From Octopus sinensis (Eukaryota), in contig NC_042998.1 in the NCBI RefSeq assembly GCF_006345805.1, positions 118,792,001 to 118,856,000 on the forward strand: a stretch of 64,000 nucleotides of DNA, given 5' to 3'. The first letter of the stretch is position 1; the number at the start of each line of letters is the position of its first letter. Below, one piece after another: positions 13,741 through 27,190 of the stretch. The translations under genes and the position numbers were made by a program. Under the pieces are notes generated by a model. It was not told where the DNA came from, did no database searches, and saw nothing but the letters and a program-made list of their open reading frames with translations.

Positions 13741-16700
13741 GTTATGATTATCCCTCTATGAAAACTTCTAATTTTACCTGTATTTGTAGTAGCTGCTATA
13801 GGTGCGAGATTAGTGTAGTTGAATATACGAACTTAATATATTTCCTATTAAATGTTTTATGATATTTATAATAACGAGAGATATTTCTTTCGAATGATTT
13901 GAAGTTGCGGAGTAGGAATTTTATATTACCAGAAGAGAGAATTATACCTGGAAATTTTATGGGTTCTACATTTTTTCCTATTAATATTTTTATAATTTCA
14001 AGAGCAATATTCCTTAGTGATAATAATAAATTCCATGGAAGCAAACATCCTTAGCACTCGAAGCGTTATCACGCTTAATACATTTTGCATTCTATCATGA
14101 TTATATGTCTTACTATTATGTGACATGGACTCTATTCTAGAGTTTGTTGAAATATTTATCCGTTGTTTTATCAGAAGTATGTGAGTTAGCCATCTTACTA
14201 TCTACTTTATATTTAATATTACTATAATACCTACAAGGTATAATACCTATATTCAACCAGAAAGAATTGTGACCTTGAACTTTACTGATTCTCCAAGACT
14301 TTTGTTTAATGATCAGTTTGAACATCTGAAAGAGAGCGCCTAAAAAATGTCGAGAGAAAAAGAATTCTAGAGAATGGTTTCAACTTAAAGATTAGATAAA
14401 TGTCAGTCGGGTGAGGTTCAGCGAAGGTGGTATGCAACTAGCTAGTTACATGGAGTAGAAACATATGTAGAAGCCATATATTAAACCAACTGTGGAGACG
14501 GCACATCCGTAGACTGGCAGTGAACTTGTGTTGATGAGTACATTTTTGTCAATTCGATATTTTGCATGATATTTTGCATTCCGCATGAAGTTTACCATAT
14601 TATTTGTGCAAAACCAAACACCGTCTCTAGTGTGAGAGATAATCCATAGTACATTTATCTTGCGATTGATAGACAGTCGCTAGTTACCTTCTACAAGAGA
14701 TTATCGGGAAATCTGAAGTGAAGTTCTTGTAGTAAATTTATGATTTCAATGAGTTCAACAAGACAAACCACTGAAATAAATCATATTGCTTGTCAACTAA
14801 GCAAGCTAGATTTTACAACAGAACATATTTTGATTGGCCCCAAATAAGAATATTAGAGCATTACATTTTCATTTTTAGTTTCTAACAACACATTAACTTC
14901 ATCTTTCGATTTCAGTGTCTTTAGTGTTATGTATTCATTTTCACAGGGGTAAATGTATTTATGATTGTATTTTAGGGTTATTGAAGCAATTCAAAAAATG
15001 CAAGTCGGATACTAATAAATTCACAAAACCTATTTACTTGAGTCAAATTGGATCCATGAAGTTGTGAGTTAATGTATGACATATGCTGCTGTATGTGTGG
15101 ATGTATTTACAATCATGCAAGTTGTGTAACTATCTTTGTGCACAAGATTGCGAATGATTATATGCACTATAGCTCTCCATATACTTCTATTTTTCTGAAG
15201 CCTCAGGCATGGCATGCATAACCATTGGGAGATTCACTTCTACAACTTTCCTTTCTGGTAAAATATAAAATATCAGCTCTATCAGCTTTTTTATTAGAAA
15301 CTTCCCCCAGTATTCTTTATGAATCAACGAGGTTGATTCATTCTCATTCTTGTGTATCTTTGCTATGACTATCAGAACAATCGTTCTTCCGGATAGCATT
15401 GTAAATAGTTTTGGTAGCAATTTCATTTTTCGCGAGGGGGTACATTGAACTTGCAAGAATATTTTGATCAACTGATGATGATGATGTGAGTGATATCTTG
15501 CACTGCACACTGATATGGCTCAAACGGTGTTTTCAATCTCAACATGGAGAACATTATGCACCATAATCTCTTTTATTGATTATGCATTTAATAGTTCTTT
15601 CTCTCTCCCTCCTGTTCCTGAATAGTGCAAATGTATTCATGATGGGTTATAATGCATCTATTAAGCATCCACGAAAGGAACTGAGTCCTGTCAATATGAT
15701 CATCTAACTTCCGGGATATGAACTCATGCATAAAATTCTGCTGATATGATAAGTAGTTTTCTTCAGATTTCAATTCAATCCAGCTCACAAACAGGAGAGA
15801 ATGGCACAGGTGTATACTCACAATAACTATTCAAATTTGTTCACCTCACAAGATTATATTATTTCACCATTTAGTACACGTATAATATTCTCATTTCTCG
15901 CTTTACTGCTTAATCAGGTTCCCATTCCAAACTCAGTAGTATGTGAAACAACACACTAATCAATTGCATAAGAGTGGTCGCGAATAGGAGATTAAAAGAC
16001 TACACCTTTGGCTATGATCAAAGAGGTGACAACTGATATTTGTTCAAATTGTCAGACGTAATGCATCATTCTTCACACTTTGATGGATTATCAGCGCCTA
16101 AAGATGTTCAAACCAGAGGCCTGAAGTTTCCTTTGCTTTAGAACATAGAACAGAACGCATGTTTCCCCTAGTAATCGTAGGTATCAGAATGAAATTCATT
16201 TCTTCATAATACTAGTCGGAATTAGAAAGTTGAATTTGAAATTAAGAGATTTATAAACTAAGGAGTTCATGGACTACACAGATTTTGTTTTCCAGCTTGC
16301 AAAGTTCTTCAAATTTCTAAAGTGCATATGCCGAAACTCTTAGGCATACAAGCTTACTGCTTCAGATGGCAATCGTCTTAGTCATAATAGCATCAGTAGT
16401 TGCTTGAACGTCACAACCAAGATATTTTCATTACATTTTTCAACATCTACCTGAGTGGGAGCTGTAATGCGCTAGTGCCTAATTCCTTGATCACCGGATA
16501 TTCCAGAGTGCGACAATATTCTGACAACATTGTACTTTGTAAGTAAACCTTATCTCAGTCTTGACATTTTTAAATCGTTCAGTATTTCATAATACATCGT
16601 ACACCCCTATCTGAATAATTTCAAAATACACATGTAGTTTTTATTTTTCTCAGCAATAAGGATTTGAATAGTAATAATGTCAACTGAAACTATATGTTCA

Positions 16701-16871
16701 AACTAAAACACTTTCGTCGTTGCAACAATGATAGCGATTCAAAACAAACAGAGGTATGTCATTACATTCAATAAAAAGTGCCAAAACCTTTGGTTTTATA
16801 CTCATGACCTTTCACCAAGACTATTCTGCTGCAGTGAAATCGGGCATCAACCCTCAATGCTGGTGCCCGAT

Positions 16872-16891
16872 TGTATCTATCTATCTACCTC

Positions 16892-16964
<73 letters not shown>

Positions 16965-16981
16965 ATATATATATATATCTT

Positions 16982-17014
<33 letters not shown>

Positions 17015-17037
17015 GTATATGTATATATGTATATATA

Positions 17038-17128
<91 letters not shown>
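16872..17128 (+). repeat. Compound (TCTA)n/(TA)n/(GA)n/(GATA)n microsatellite
   Basis: Direct reading. Confidence 0.95.
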
Positions 17129-17129
<1 letters not shown>

Positions 17130-17745
17130 TAGAGAACAAGAATCCTAAAAACAACTCGCTCGACCTGGGTACATTCTTAAACTCCAGGAAAGAAGTATTT
17201 AGTCAATGACCTTATCTAAAACGTTTCCTACTTCAGATTTTGAAATTCCCCATTCGTTGAATAGTTCTTCCGCAGCTCTCTCGAGCATCACCATGGCCGG
17301 AGCCGGTGTAAGGAGATAACCTCGTCCACCCGCATCACGGACAAATGCAACTGACCGTTACCTATTTCTTCCACCTGTTGTAGAGAGCGGTTTCAGTCTG
17401 ACGAGTCGCCTATACTGCAAATCGCCTATCAAGTTTGACTGCTTTTTCTTGTAGGCCGGTCGATTACCTGGAAGCTTCCTCTTTGACTGGCCAATGTTGC
17501 TGTCATCTGGTTTAATGTTGTTTTTGATTTTTCCGTGCTGCTTCTGGTATTTTCTATTCTGAAAAAGAGCTCAGAGCAAGCAGACTTATAACCAAAAATA
17601 TTCCAGCGTCAAATAAGAGTACATGAATCTGCGTGAGCGTGCGTGTATATATAATCGCATGTGTGTGTGTGTGTGTGTGTGCGTGTGTGTGTGTGTGTGT
17701 GTATGTGTGTGTGTGTGTTGTGTGTGTGTGCGTGTATGTGTGTGT

Positions 17746-17785
<40 letters not shown>

Positions 17786-18684
17786 TATGTATATCTCAAT
17801 TCAATTGATGGTTTTTCCTCAATACGAATATATACAAAGACATTTAGATATATTGGATAAAGTTATAACATTATTACAGTTTGAAAATAAAACACGTTAG
17901 TCTGAGAACAAATAAATCTATCAGACGACAAATGTATTTAAACATAAGAGGATTCAAGCATGTTTAATAATATATTTTACTATAAGTTCTTTATATTCTC
18001 AAATGACTATTTCACTTGCAAATTTGTTATTATTCGATTTCCTCAAAAATAATTTTTATATTAATGGTCGTTTTTTTCTATTCGCAGATATGAAATTATG
18101 ACAGCAGACAAAAATGAATAGAAGTGATTTAAAAAATATAGTATAAGATAATATATTTATAGTGATAATAACATCAATTTTGGCAAATAGGAAAACTTAA
18201 AATAAATTTATTTGGGGCAGAAATAGGAAATAAGTCGAACAAGTAGTGTAAGGTAAAATAATATACTGACCATCTAATAAGTAGGCGTAATTTATAAATA
18301 TATGTATATTGTATGTATTATAATGGAACCTATGAAGAATAAGTGAATACATACAGGGACTTAACTCAGAGACTTAACCAAGGGAAGGATATAACAAATA
18401 TGTATGTATATAACTCATACATACATATGGATATAAGTATAAAATATATACATACATGTATATATTTAGAGGTAGAGGGAGAGAGGAGAGAAGAAGATAG
18501 TTGTAAAACAGATGTATACAACTAAATTCTACAATTCACTTGTTTACTTTATTACAGTCACCTGTTTACTAACGCATATTCATTTTTACAATCTTTCATG
18601 CAAACCGTCATATACTCACTCAAATATACATAACTAGTGTGGGCAAAGATAGATAGATAGATAGAGAGAGGGAGATAGATGGAT

Positions 18685-18726
<42 letters not shown>

Positions 18727-18819
18727 GTGTATGGATATATGTATGTTTGTATGTACGTACGTACGCTTGTATGTATGTGTGCATGTATATATGTAGACAT
18801 AAAAAACTAATGATTTATC

Positions 18820-19700
18820 AAAAATTGGGCTCTACAAGTAAACTCCAAGTGTCAATCCTTTGGTTCAAAAACTGCCTCATGAACATTAAGTCATTCATCC
18901 AACAGTGCCAATCCTCTGTTTCAAAAATTGCCTCATTATAATGTTATAATATTAGGTGACTTTAATTTCTCCTGTGTTGACTGGTCTACTCATACCTTGA
19001 AGAAAGGTGTGTGAATTTCAACTGCAGATCTTTCACACGTCGATTTGTCTTTCACTCGGTCTCTCACCCAAGCAGCATCAATACATCCTGACAGCTATTT
19101 GCAGACATTGTCACAAGTACATGTTCACATCACACTCCCCTGCTCCCCGCGAGAAAATCTAAACACAGGCTCCCACGTAACAGAAGATCACTAAGAAGAA
19201 AAATAAAAGGGATTAGTTGAAAAATCAATCGGCTAAAATATAGCTAGCTGCAACAGCCGTAATTGACAGCTTTACAGAAATATCTTCAAAACTGTATTAA
19301 GATTATCATCGATAGTCAATGAAGAGCAGAAGAAAAATGTCCAATTGAGAAAATAAAAGACAAATTCAAAGTGTTCTTCTTATTCGTCAAAAAGCATATG
19401 GTCGTTGTCTCGTCTGTTGGACCTCTGATAGATGAAGAGGATACTCTGCATAATGGTGCAGAAGACATGGCTGAGATTCTGAAGAAATACTGCTCCATTT
19501 TCAGTAATTCCAACATAGTTAACTTGACAGCATCAGTGAAACAACGGGCGCTGATATTGAATATCATCTTGAATGTCCGTAACAAGATTTTATAGACGTA
19601 CTGAAGAGCTAACCAGTATGCATTAGGCAGCTGCATTTTGGAATCAATCTCAGTTACACAACCGATACTTAGCTCAAATTGGATGAAAGACAAATTCTAC
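18820..19700 (+). mobile_element. CR1/Jockey-type LINE ORF2 remnant (APE endonuclease and linker)
   Basis: NVIILGDFNFSCVDW at about 18940-18985, and EKIKDKFKVFF...SSVGPLIDEED...AEDMAEILKKYCSIFS. Confidence 0.7.
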
Positions 19701-20000
19701 TTAGATTAGATAGGAAATCAGAAAGGGCTAGAACTAAACACATATATTTTGTCTGATGACCTAAAAACCTCACCCCAGTCGTATCCCATGTTGCCATATA
19801 AAACCACATGTCACGTGGGTGGTAATCAGTGAACTATCAACTTTGTTAACCTCACCATAGAAAACAGTCGAATGGGGTACATATTCAAATGAAAGGTTAA
19901 GTAATAAAATGTAAAATAATGACTTTTCTTTTAAATCTATATATTAAATACGGCATAAAAAACAATTAAATGATTCAGAGTAAGACAGTATGGTATGCAA

Positions 20001-20031
<31 letters not shown>

Positions 20032-21260
20032 CGCGCGCATGTATGTATGTGTACAAGGAGTAAGATACATTCATTTTATATATAAACATGTGTGTATGCG
20101 GTGTATGCAGGTATGTGTGTATGTATATATACAGAGAGTGAGAGAGAGAGAGTGAGGGAGTGAGAAACATGTACATCTGTAGGTATGTATACACACACAC
20201 ACACATATGTATATAAAATCACCCCACACTGGAAGCGTAAGCATATATACACACGCATTTATATATGCGTGTGGAGGCGAATGTGTGCGGAGTGCTTTTG
20301 TGTGTGTATGCGTATGTTTGTGTATTCTTTTTTTTTTTTTTTGCAGGCGTGTGTATCAGTGTAGCAGGAAAAAGAAGGAGATATAAATGGATGTAGAAAG
20401 CTAGGTGAAGAAAATTCAAATATGTTTCTCTGCTATTAGTTTCATAATGTCCAAAACACACGTATATTTCATATTTGGTAAAAACATTTTTATATATATA
20501 TATTTTCGTTTTGTTCTTGTAACAAGCGAATCGTTAATAACAGACACTTATATCGTTATACATAGTCAGCGAAGTATTCATAATAATACACAAATTTACT
20601 AGAAATAGAGACAGACTGGCTGATAGACGTTTAAATTTCTTTACTTTGATTACATTTTATATAGGGTCAGTGCACATCATCCTTGGCTTGTGTTGAGTCT
20701 GACATCGTTTTTCTGCGTCACACCTTTTTTTTCAATTCCGTTTTTTTTTTATATATATGTTTCCGCATTTCGGTAAGTATTTTATATGGTATGATTTCTA
20801 TAGGGTAATAGAAATAAAACAATGTATTTGCAGTCAAATCTATTTCGAATCTTCTGGCGCCCAATCCAGCATTCTGAAGAAGTTCAGTAAACAAGTAGCT
20901 TGTTTCAAACTATTCATAATAATTTGATAGAAAATATCTTCCGTGTAATTAAAGACTGTAGGTATTCAAGTGACGAGCAATTAGGTTAATAAGTTTTTGT
21001 TTAACTTGTTACAAACCGAGACAAAACAGAACAAATGATGCGTGCAAAAGATAACAAAACACAATCATATTTTCTAAAAGACTACTAAAGGCGAACCATT
21101 TGTTTCTTTTTCACTGATGCCTTCATTATCAATGAATAAATAGTTGTCATTATTTTTTCTGCGTCATAATTAAAATTTATTCAAAGCGTTGGGCGACAAA
21201 ACTTCACGTGAATTGTATGAGATGCTTCATACATAAAATTGAAGATGTAAGTAGTCTTAA

Positions 21261-21339
<79 letters not shown>

Positions 21340-21441
21340 GTTCGTGTGTCATATAGCTAGCTAGAAACGATGGCCTCTTGGAGCTAATCAACGGCAGCTT
21401 TCGTCCTATATTTATGGACTGCCATATAAGCTTGGCGATAA

Positions 21442-21496
<55 letters not shown>

Positions 21497-21513
21497 TGTG
21501 TGTGTGTGTGTGT

Positions 21514-21546
<33 letters not shown>

Positions 21547-22219
21547 ATATTGCTGCTGCTTATAAATAGTATTCAGCCTGTCTGATGATGTATCTCTGGA
21601 TTTAATATGCGCGTGGAAGTACGTTTATCAAGTCTAATACCTCCAGACAGTGATATATTTTACATTTCTTCATCTCGTGAGGATGTGAGAGATGATTAAC
21701 ATAAGCCGGTCCTAGACTCACGAGAAGATATGGATAAATGAAGACTGTGTAAATTCATAGAACGCTGTGAAAAACGTTAGCCTTCTGAGGATAACTTCTT
21801 CGACGCTTATGATGTTTTGATGTTTTAAACAAAATAATGCATGTATTGTTCTTGTCGCATCTTATTCAGTTATTTAAAACGCATGTGTTTGTCCAGCAGT
21901 TATTGTACAGCAGTTGGAGACAGGGTTTCGAATTCCAGAGGCAGCCCGTTGCTTAAACCTTTGATTTATATATGTTTGTTTTTTTCTAGTTGTTTTTCGT
22001 GAATAAACTGAGTTTTCTCGTTCTGGTATGTTGTTATAGCGTATTTTGCTGTGGTTTATACTTCTTAAATAGATTTCCCTCGTTCAATATAATATTTTTG
22101 TGATGTATTTTAGAAGAATTTTAAAAACAAATATAAGAATGCATTTTAGAAAGTTATAACAACTTCATTCGAAAACCTGTATATGCATGTGTTTAGAGAT
22201 GTTTAGAAGAAAAGAAAAG

Positions 22220-22286
22220 AAATTTAAGTTGAAATGAAATCGCTTGGAGCTCTCAGCTCCAAGCGATTTCATTTCAACTTAAATTT
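22220..22286. repeat. Perfect palindrome, 32-bp arms, 3-nt loop
   Basis: AAATTTAAGTTGAAATGAAATCGCTTGGAGCT-CTC-AGCTCCAAGCGATTTCATTTCAACTTAAATTT. Confidence 0.97.
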
Positions 22287-22607
22287 GTGAGAAATTCGAA
22301 TGATGTTGCTTGGAGTTAGAAATCTCTCAATAGATCGTGACATCTTGTTGCGTAAGACATTTGTCATGCGTTTAATCCTTACTAATCTTTTGTAACAGCT
22401 ACAGCAATGTTTGATTGCAATGGACTAAGCCGTGTGCGCAATTAAGCGATGATTTCACCTCTTATTTTTTATTGAGTGATATTTGTTGTATAATTAATAT
22501 TGTCTTTTCAGTATATGCCTTGTTCCAATGTATATGATGAATACGTTTGTTGTTGAGTATAGAACATTTTCGAAGCATTAAAAAAAAAGTATGATGTTAT
22601 TCTTTTC

Positions 22608-22909
22608 TTCTGTTGTATCTGGGGAGAGTCATTTTCTTTCTTATAATTTAACACACTCACCGGTAAAATTCCCACTTATTTCATATCTTTATTTTCCTAA
22701 AATTTTCATTGCATCTTGCAACCTTTTCAATAGTCTTGACTCAAGAGTCAAGACTACTGAGTCAAGGCTATTGAGTTAAGACTATTGAAAAGGTTGCAAG
22801 ACGCAACGAAAATTTTAGGAAAATAAAAATTTAAAATAAGTCAAAATTTTACCGGTGTGTTAAATTATAAGGAACAAAAAGAAAATGATTCTCTCCAGAC
22901 ACAACAGAA
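22608..22909. mobile_element. Spacer-less fold-back/MITE-like element of about 300 bp
   Basis: About 135-bp imperfect inverted arms meeting at GACTC-AA-GAGTC. The 14-mer GAGTCAAGACTATT is triplicated on the right arm. Confidence 0.8.
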
Positions 22910-23545
22910 TAAGCTTCAGCACACGAACTCACATAAAGAATCTTGCAAATCAAATCCAAAAACGAAATATTCTTTTCTTGTTTTTCGTTTAAAAACCTGT
23001 CAGTTCGTTTTAATATTGATTTATTTTCTATAATTCGTTCGCAGACCCCCGTGATGAAATTAAGGAAGGAAAGAAATAAAGAAAGATTTCTCTTTCCTTG
23101 ATAAATTGTTTTTCGTTTAGCTCAGTAGTAGGGTTGTCGACCGAAATATAAGAAATAAATATTTTAGAAAATGCATTGATACGACATTCTAAAATTAATT
23201 CTGATAAAGGCATATGACTAAATTACTTGTGTATGTGTGTCTGTGTGTGCGCATGTATGTAATCATATGTCTATGAATACTGCTACAAATTTGCACTGTT
23301 AGGTATATTACACACGCGCACACGTAAGCATAAGTTTGTGTAAAAATGTGTGAGGGGTGTGTGTGTGTGCGTGCGTATGTGTGTATGCGTGCATATATGC
23401 AATCATATGTCTATGAATACTTCGTTACAGGTATACACCGTTCGATATATTATATACGTTCACAAGTACGCAAGAGTTTGTATATGCATTTGTGTGTGTG
23501 TGTGAGTGTATGTGTGTGTGTGTGTGTTTGCGTGCGTGTGTGTGT

Positions 23546-23584
<39 letters not shown>

Positions 23585-24237
23585 AGCAGAATACCTGGCG
23601 TCGCCTTGGCTGATATGGCGTTATAAATTCCCCACACTTTTAATGAAGTCGTATTCTGTTTAAGAAAACACAATTTGAGTTATTTTATGTAGGAAATGAA
23701 ACTGTTTACAAATACATTTATAGAAGTCTGGTATCTGGTTCAATATGCTTCAGATACACACTTAACAATGATAGTAAATTTCGTAATCTCATTGTGTAAC
23801 TTACCTGCAGGTACTTGTACCATATTAAAGAAGAAAACATAATTAAGTAAATGCAGAAACAACTTTTCATTTAAAGCTGTTACTGAAAATAATTTATCTT
23901 TTATTCTTCAATCTATTTAATTCTTTAAGTTTTGGGAGAATTTTCTCCTCTCCAGATTCTACCAACTTTTTAGCATGTTTAGAGATATTTTAAAGATTCA
24001 AAATTTAGTCCAAAGGATGACTACTTCGAGCAGGCAAGGAGTTTATCCACTTTTTTGTTTGAGGATCAGGTGAAACATCTATCAATTTCCAGTCCTATTA
24101 TTAAACATGTCCTGAAATTTTCTTTTCAGGGCCTCCACAAATCTTTTGTGCGCCTTTGTGCATTTACCGCAGACAGTCATTTGGATTGTCATAACAACTT
24201 GTCTGGCTGCTGAATTATAGGCAATATTGTTAACATA

Positions 24238-24710
24238 TAGGCGCAGGCATGGATATCTGGTAAGAAGCTTGCTTCCCAACGACATGGTTCCGAGTTCAGT
24301 CTCTTTGCGTGGCACCTTGGTCAAGTGTCTTTTACAATAGCCTCGGGCTGAACAAGCCTTGTGAGTGGATTTCGCAAAGAGAAACTGCAAGAAGTCCGTC
24401 GTGTGTGTGTTTGTCTGTCTGTCTATCTGTCTGTCTGTCTATTTGTCAGTCTGTCCGCGCACGTCTTTGTGTCTGTGTTTGTCCTCCTGCCACCGCTTGA
24501 CAACCGGTGTTGATGTGTTTACATCCCCGTAACTTAAGGGTTCAGCAAAGGTTACCGATAAAATACCAGGCTTAGCAAAAAAATTAAGTACTAGGGTTGA
24601 TCCATACAACAATAAAAATTCTCCAAGGAACTGCTCCAGCATGGCAGCAATCTATTGCCTGAAACAAATAAATGATAAAAGACAAAAGATGTGTATATTT
24701 TGTACCCGAT
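24238..24710 (+). mobile_element. SINE family A, full structure (head, microsatellite, tail)
   Basis: Head plus CTTGACAACC... body and GCTCCAGCATGGC...TGAAACAA tail. Confidence 0.85.
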
Positions 24711-25236
24711 TTCAAGAGAAGCTTGGAAGAATAATATGCGGAACGGCTTAGGGAAAGAAGTGTGAGAGGGATATCTGAAGAAACAATTGCGATAATTATA
24801 CTTTTATGTGAACAGATACTGGTCTCGTAAACTGACCAAGAATATGTTTCCCATCATACCATGAACATCATGGAATGTAATTCCAGTATCTCCTTGCCGA
24901 AATCCAGTAAAACAAAAGAATAGACTACATCTGTGCGTGTTTAATTGGTGAATAAGTTCCTAGACGTTTGCTTAATAAAACAAATCGCGTCTCGTTGTGT
25001 AAATAAACTCAATACACAGAGCACAAGGCTTAATCTCCGCGAACAACTCAAACCACAATTTATTCGCACGTGCACGCAACACACATACTATGCATTACTT
25101 AATGCACAAGCAGCAAATGCAGTAAGTTTGGTTTAATTTTCTATGACATAAACCAATTTTATGCTGTTCCTCAGATACTTTTCTTCTGTAAAGAGAATAG
25201 TTCTATCTACTGGTAGCGCGTGCGCGCTAAGGGTAA

Positions 25237-25280
<44 letters not shown>

Positions 25281-26630
25281 CAGTGGCGTGCGGTGACTTT
25301 CGGGGTTGGGATGCAATGAATTTCTTTGCCCCCCCCCCCCCCGGCAATTTTTCAGTAAACAAATTTTCGAATTCCTACGATTTACATATGGGAGATTCTG
25401 AATATGCAATCACCCCCGTATGACCTAGAATAAAAAAAAAAAACCTCGCCCTGGTACTAGTCGTGAATAGTCGATCCTACGACTATCTAGCAAAGTAAAT
25501 AAATTTTTTAAACAAAATATATAAAACACAAAAACACAAAGTAAATAATGTTTTAAACAAAGTAAATAAAACACAAAACAAAAACACAAAGTAAGGATCG
25601 ACTAGTCACGACTAGCTGGCGTGGATGCTCTTTTTAAATAGTACGCATGATTTTTAAATTGTTTGCAATACTCATCAAATTTGTTGAAATTCGAAAGTTC
25701 CATGAATTTAAACTCTTCTAAGGATATCGTGCTTTTATTTGGTCAACTATTGTACTGATAATTTTCTTATAAAGCATTTTATAATGTCGTTGGAGCTCAA
25801 TAGATATATTCTTGGATCTCTGAATTCCGATTCCTGCATCGACTTAATATTTTCCCCCTAACATATAAAAGATTGAAAAATTATCAAGTTTTTTCGAGTA
25901 GAGTTCTAGTTTTATCTATTTGATCTTTACAATACACTATGTCATGACTTTTACTCTGGAGGATGTTAAATAAGACGTCAGTAAAAGAAAAAATCTCACT
26001 GAATACTTCTTACAAATATAAGAAATCAGGAGCTTTTAAAGTGTGTAAGAATCCAATTGCTGTATTTATGGTGGTATCATCCCATGCTTCAGGATTTTCA
26101 GTGATGTGCTCAAAAAGGCTGATTATGAAATTATAATTTTCCTTTGTGGTAACAATAAGCCGTGAGGAGTAATTCCATTGCTGTTGCCTTCGGAAATCTT
26201 TTTTTTAACAATGTTATCTAATGCATTAGCCCTTTTCGGTGTTGGTCTCCCACCATTTATAATTAATTATTTTCCATCGAAGTCTCTTTTCGAAAAACTA
26301 TTTCTCAAAATATCGTTTATAACACACATTTCACTAATGAGAAAGAGGGAGGGGGTAAAAATATTTCAAATGCCCTATCCTCTTAGCATGTCTTTTAAAC
26401 AAGTCACTAAGAGAAAGAGAGAGGAAGGAAGGACAAACTGAGACAGAGAGGGAGTGTTTGACATGCTGGTCTTCTGAAAGCATGACTTCTCAAAGCAGAA
26501 GTGAGAGAGAAGTGGAAACAAAATATTTCCAAAACAACTGGACTATTTTATCTAATTTTCCGATCATATGGATAAAAAAATCACAGGGCATGCAACGCAT
26601 ACCTTGCATACCTGAGAGTGCACGCCCCTG
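25281..26630 (-). mobile_element. Internally deleted hAT transposon with TIRs, 8-bp TSD and transposase remnant
   Basis: TIRs CAGTGGCGTGC / GCACGCCCCTG, flanked on both sides by ATATACAG (25273-25280, 26631-26638). The minus strand of about 25900-26250 gives KRANALDNIVKK..PKAT..WNYSSRLIV...AIGFLHTLKAPDF...EVFSEIFSFTDVLFNILQSKS, typical of ZMYM1-like hAT transposases. Confidence 0.9.
25457..25615. mobile_element. Small inverted-repeat element nested in the hAT
   Basis: 22-bp IR CTAGTCGTGAATAGTCGATCCT / AGGATCGACTAGTCACGACTAG (1 mismatch) around an A-rich, internally duplicated core. Confidence 0.6.
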
Positions 26631-26699
26631 ATATACAGCTACTCCTGCGCCTATATATTTATTTATATATATATATTTATGTATGTGTATATATATATT

Positions 26700-26748
<49 letters not shown>

Positions 26749-26834
26749 TATATATATTATATGTATATATATATATAATATATATATATATATATAATAT
26801 ATATATATATATTGATATATCGGTTCCATTCTAG

Positions 26835-26884
26835 CAAAAACTGCCTGATGAACGGCAACGAGAAACTCAGAGTAACAGATTTTG
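26835..26884 (+). ncRNA. Degenerate minimal type I hammerhead-ribozyme-like motif in a Penelope-type terminal repeat
   Basis: CAAAAACTGC-CTGATGA-ACGGCAACGA-GAAA-CTCAGAG-TA-ACAGATTTTG. Core CUGAUGA/GAAA/GUA intact, stems I and III pair, stem II weak. Confidence 0.55.
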
Positions 26885-26964
26885 TTGAATTTTCTGCTGC
26901 TTTAAATAAAGCATATTACTCTACCACTGGTATTTGAGTACTCTTTTTTCCACCTTGTTTCACA

Positions 26965-27050
<86 letters not shown>

Positions 27051-27054
<4 letters not shown>

Positions 27055-27190
27055 AGCAAGTGTGACTATGTGGTAAGAAGCTTGCTTCCCAACCACACGG
27101 CTCTGGGTTCAGTCCCACTGCGGGGCACCTTGGGCAAGTGTCTTCTACTATAGCTTCGGAAACATCACATATGATAGAAGACCGTCGTAT
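27051..27190 (+). mobile_element. SINE family A head
   Basis: GTGGTAAGAAGCTTGCTTCCCAACCAC...GGTTCAGTCCCACTG. Confidence 0.85.
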
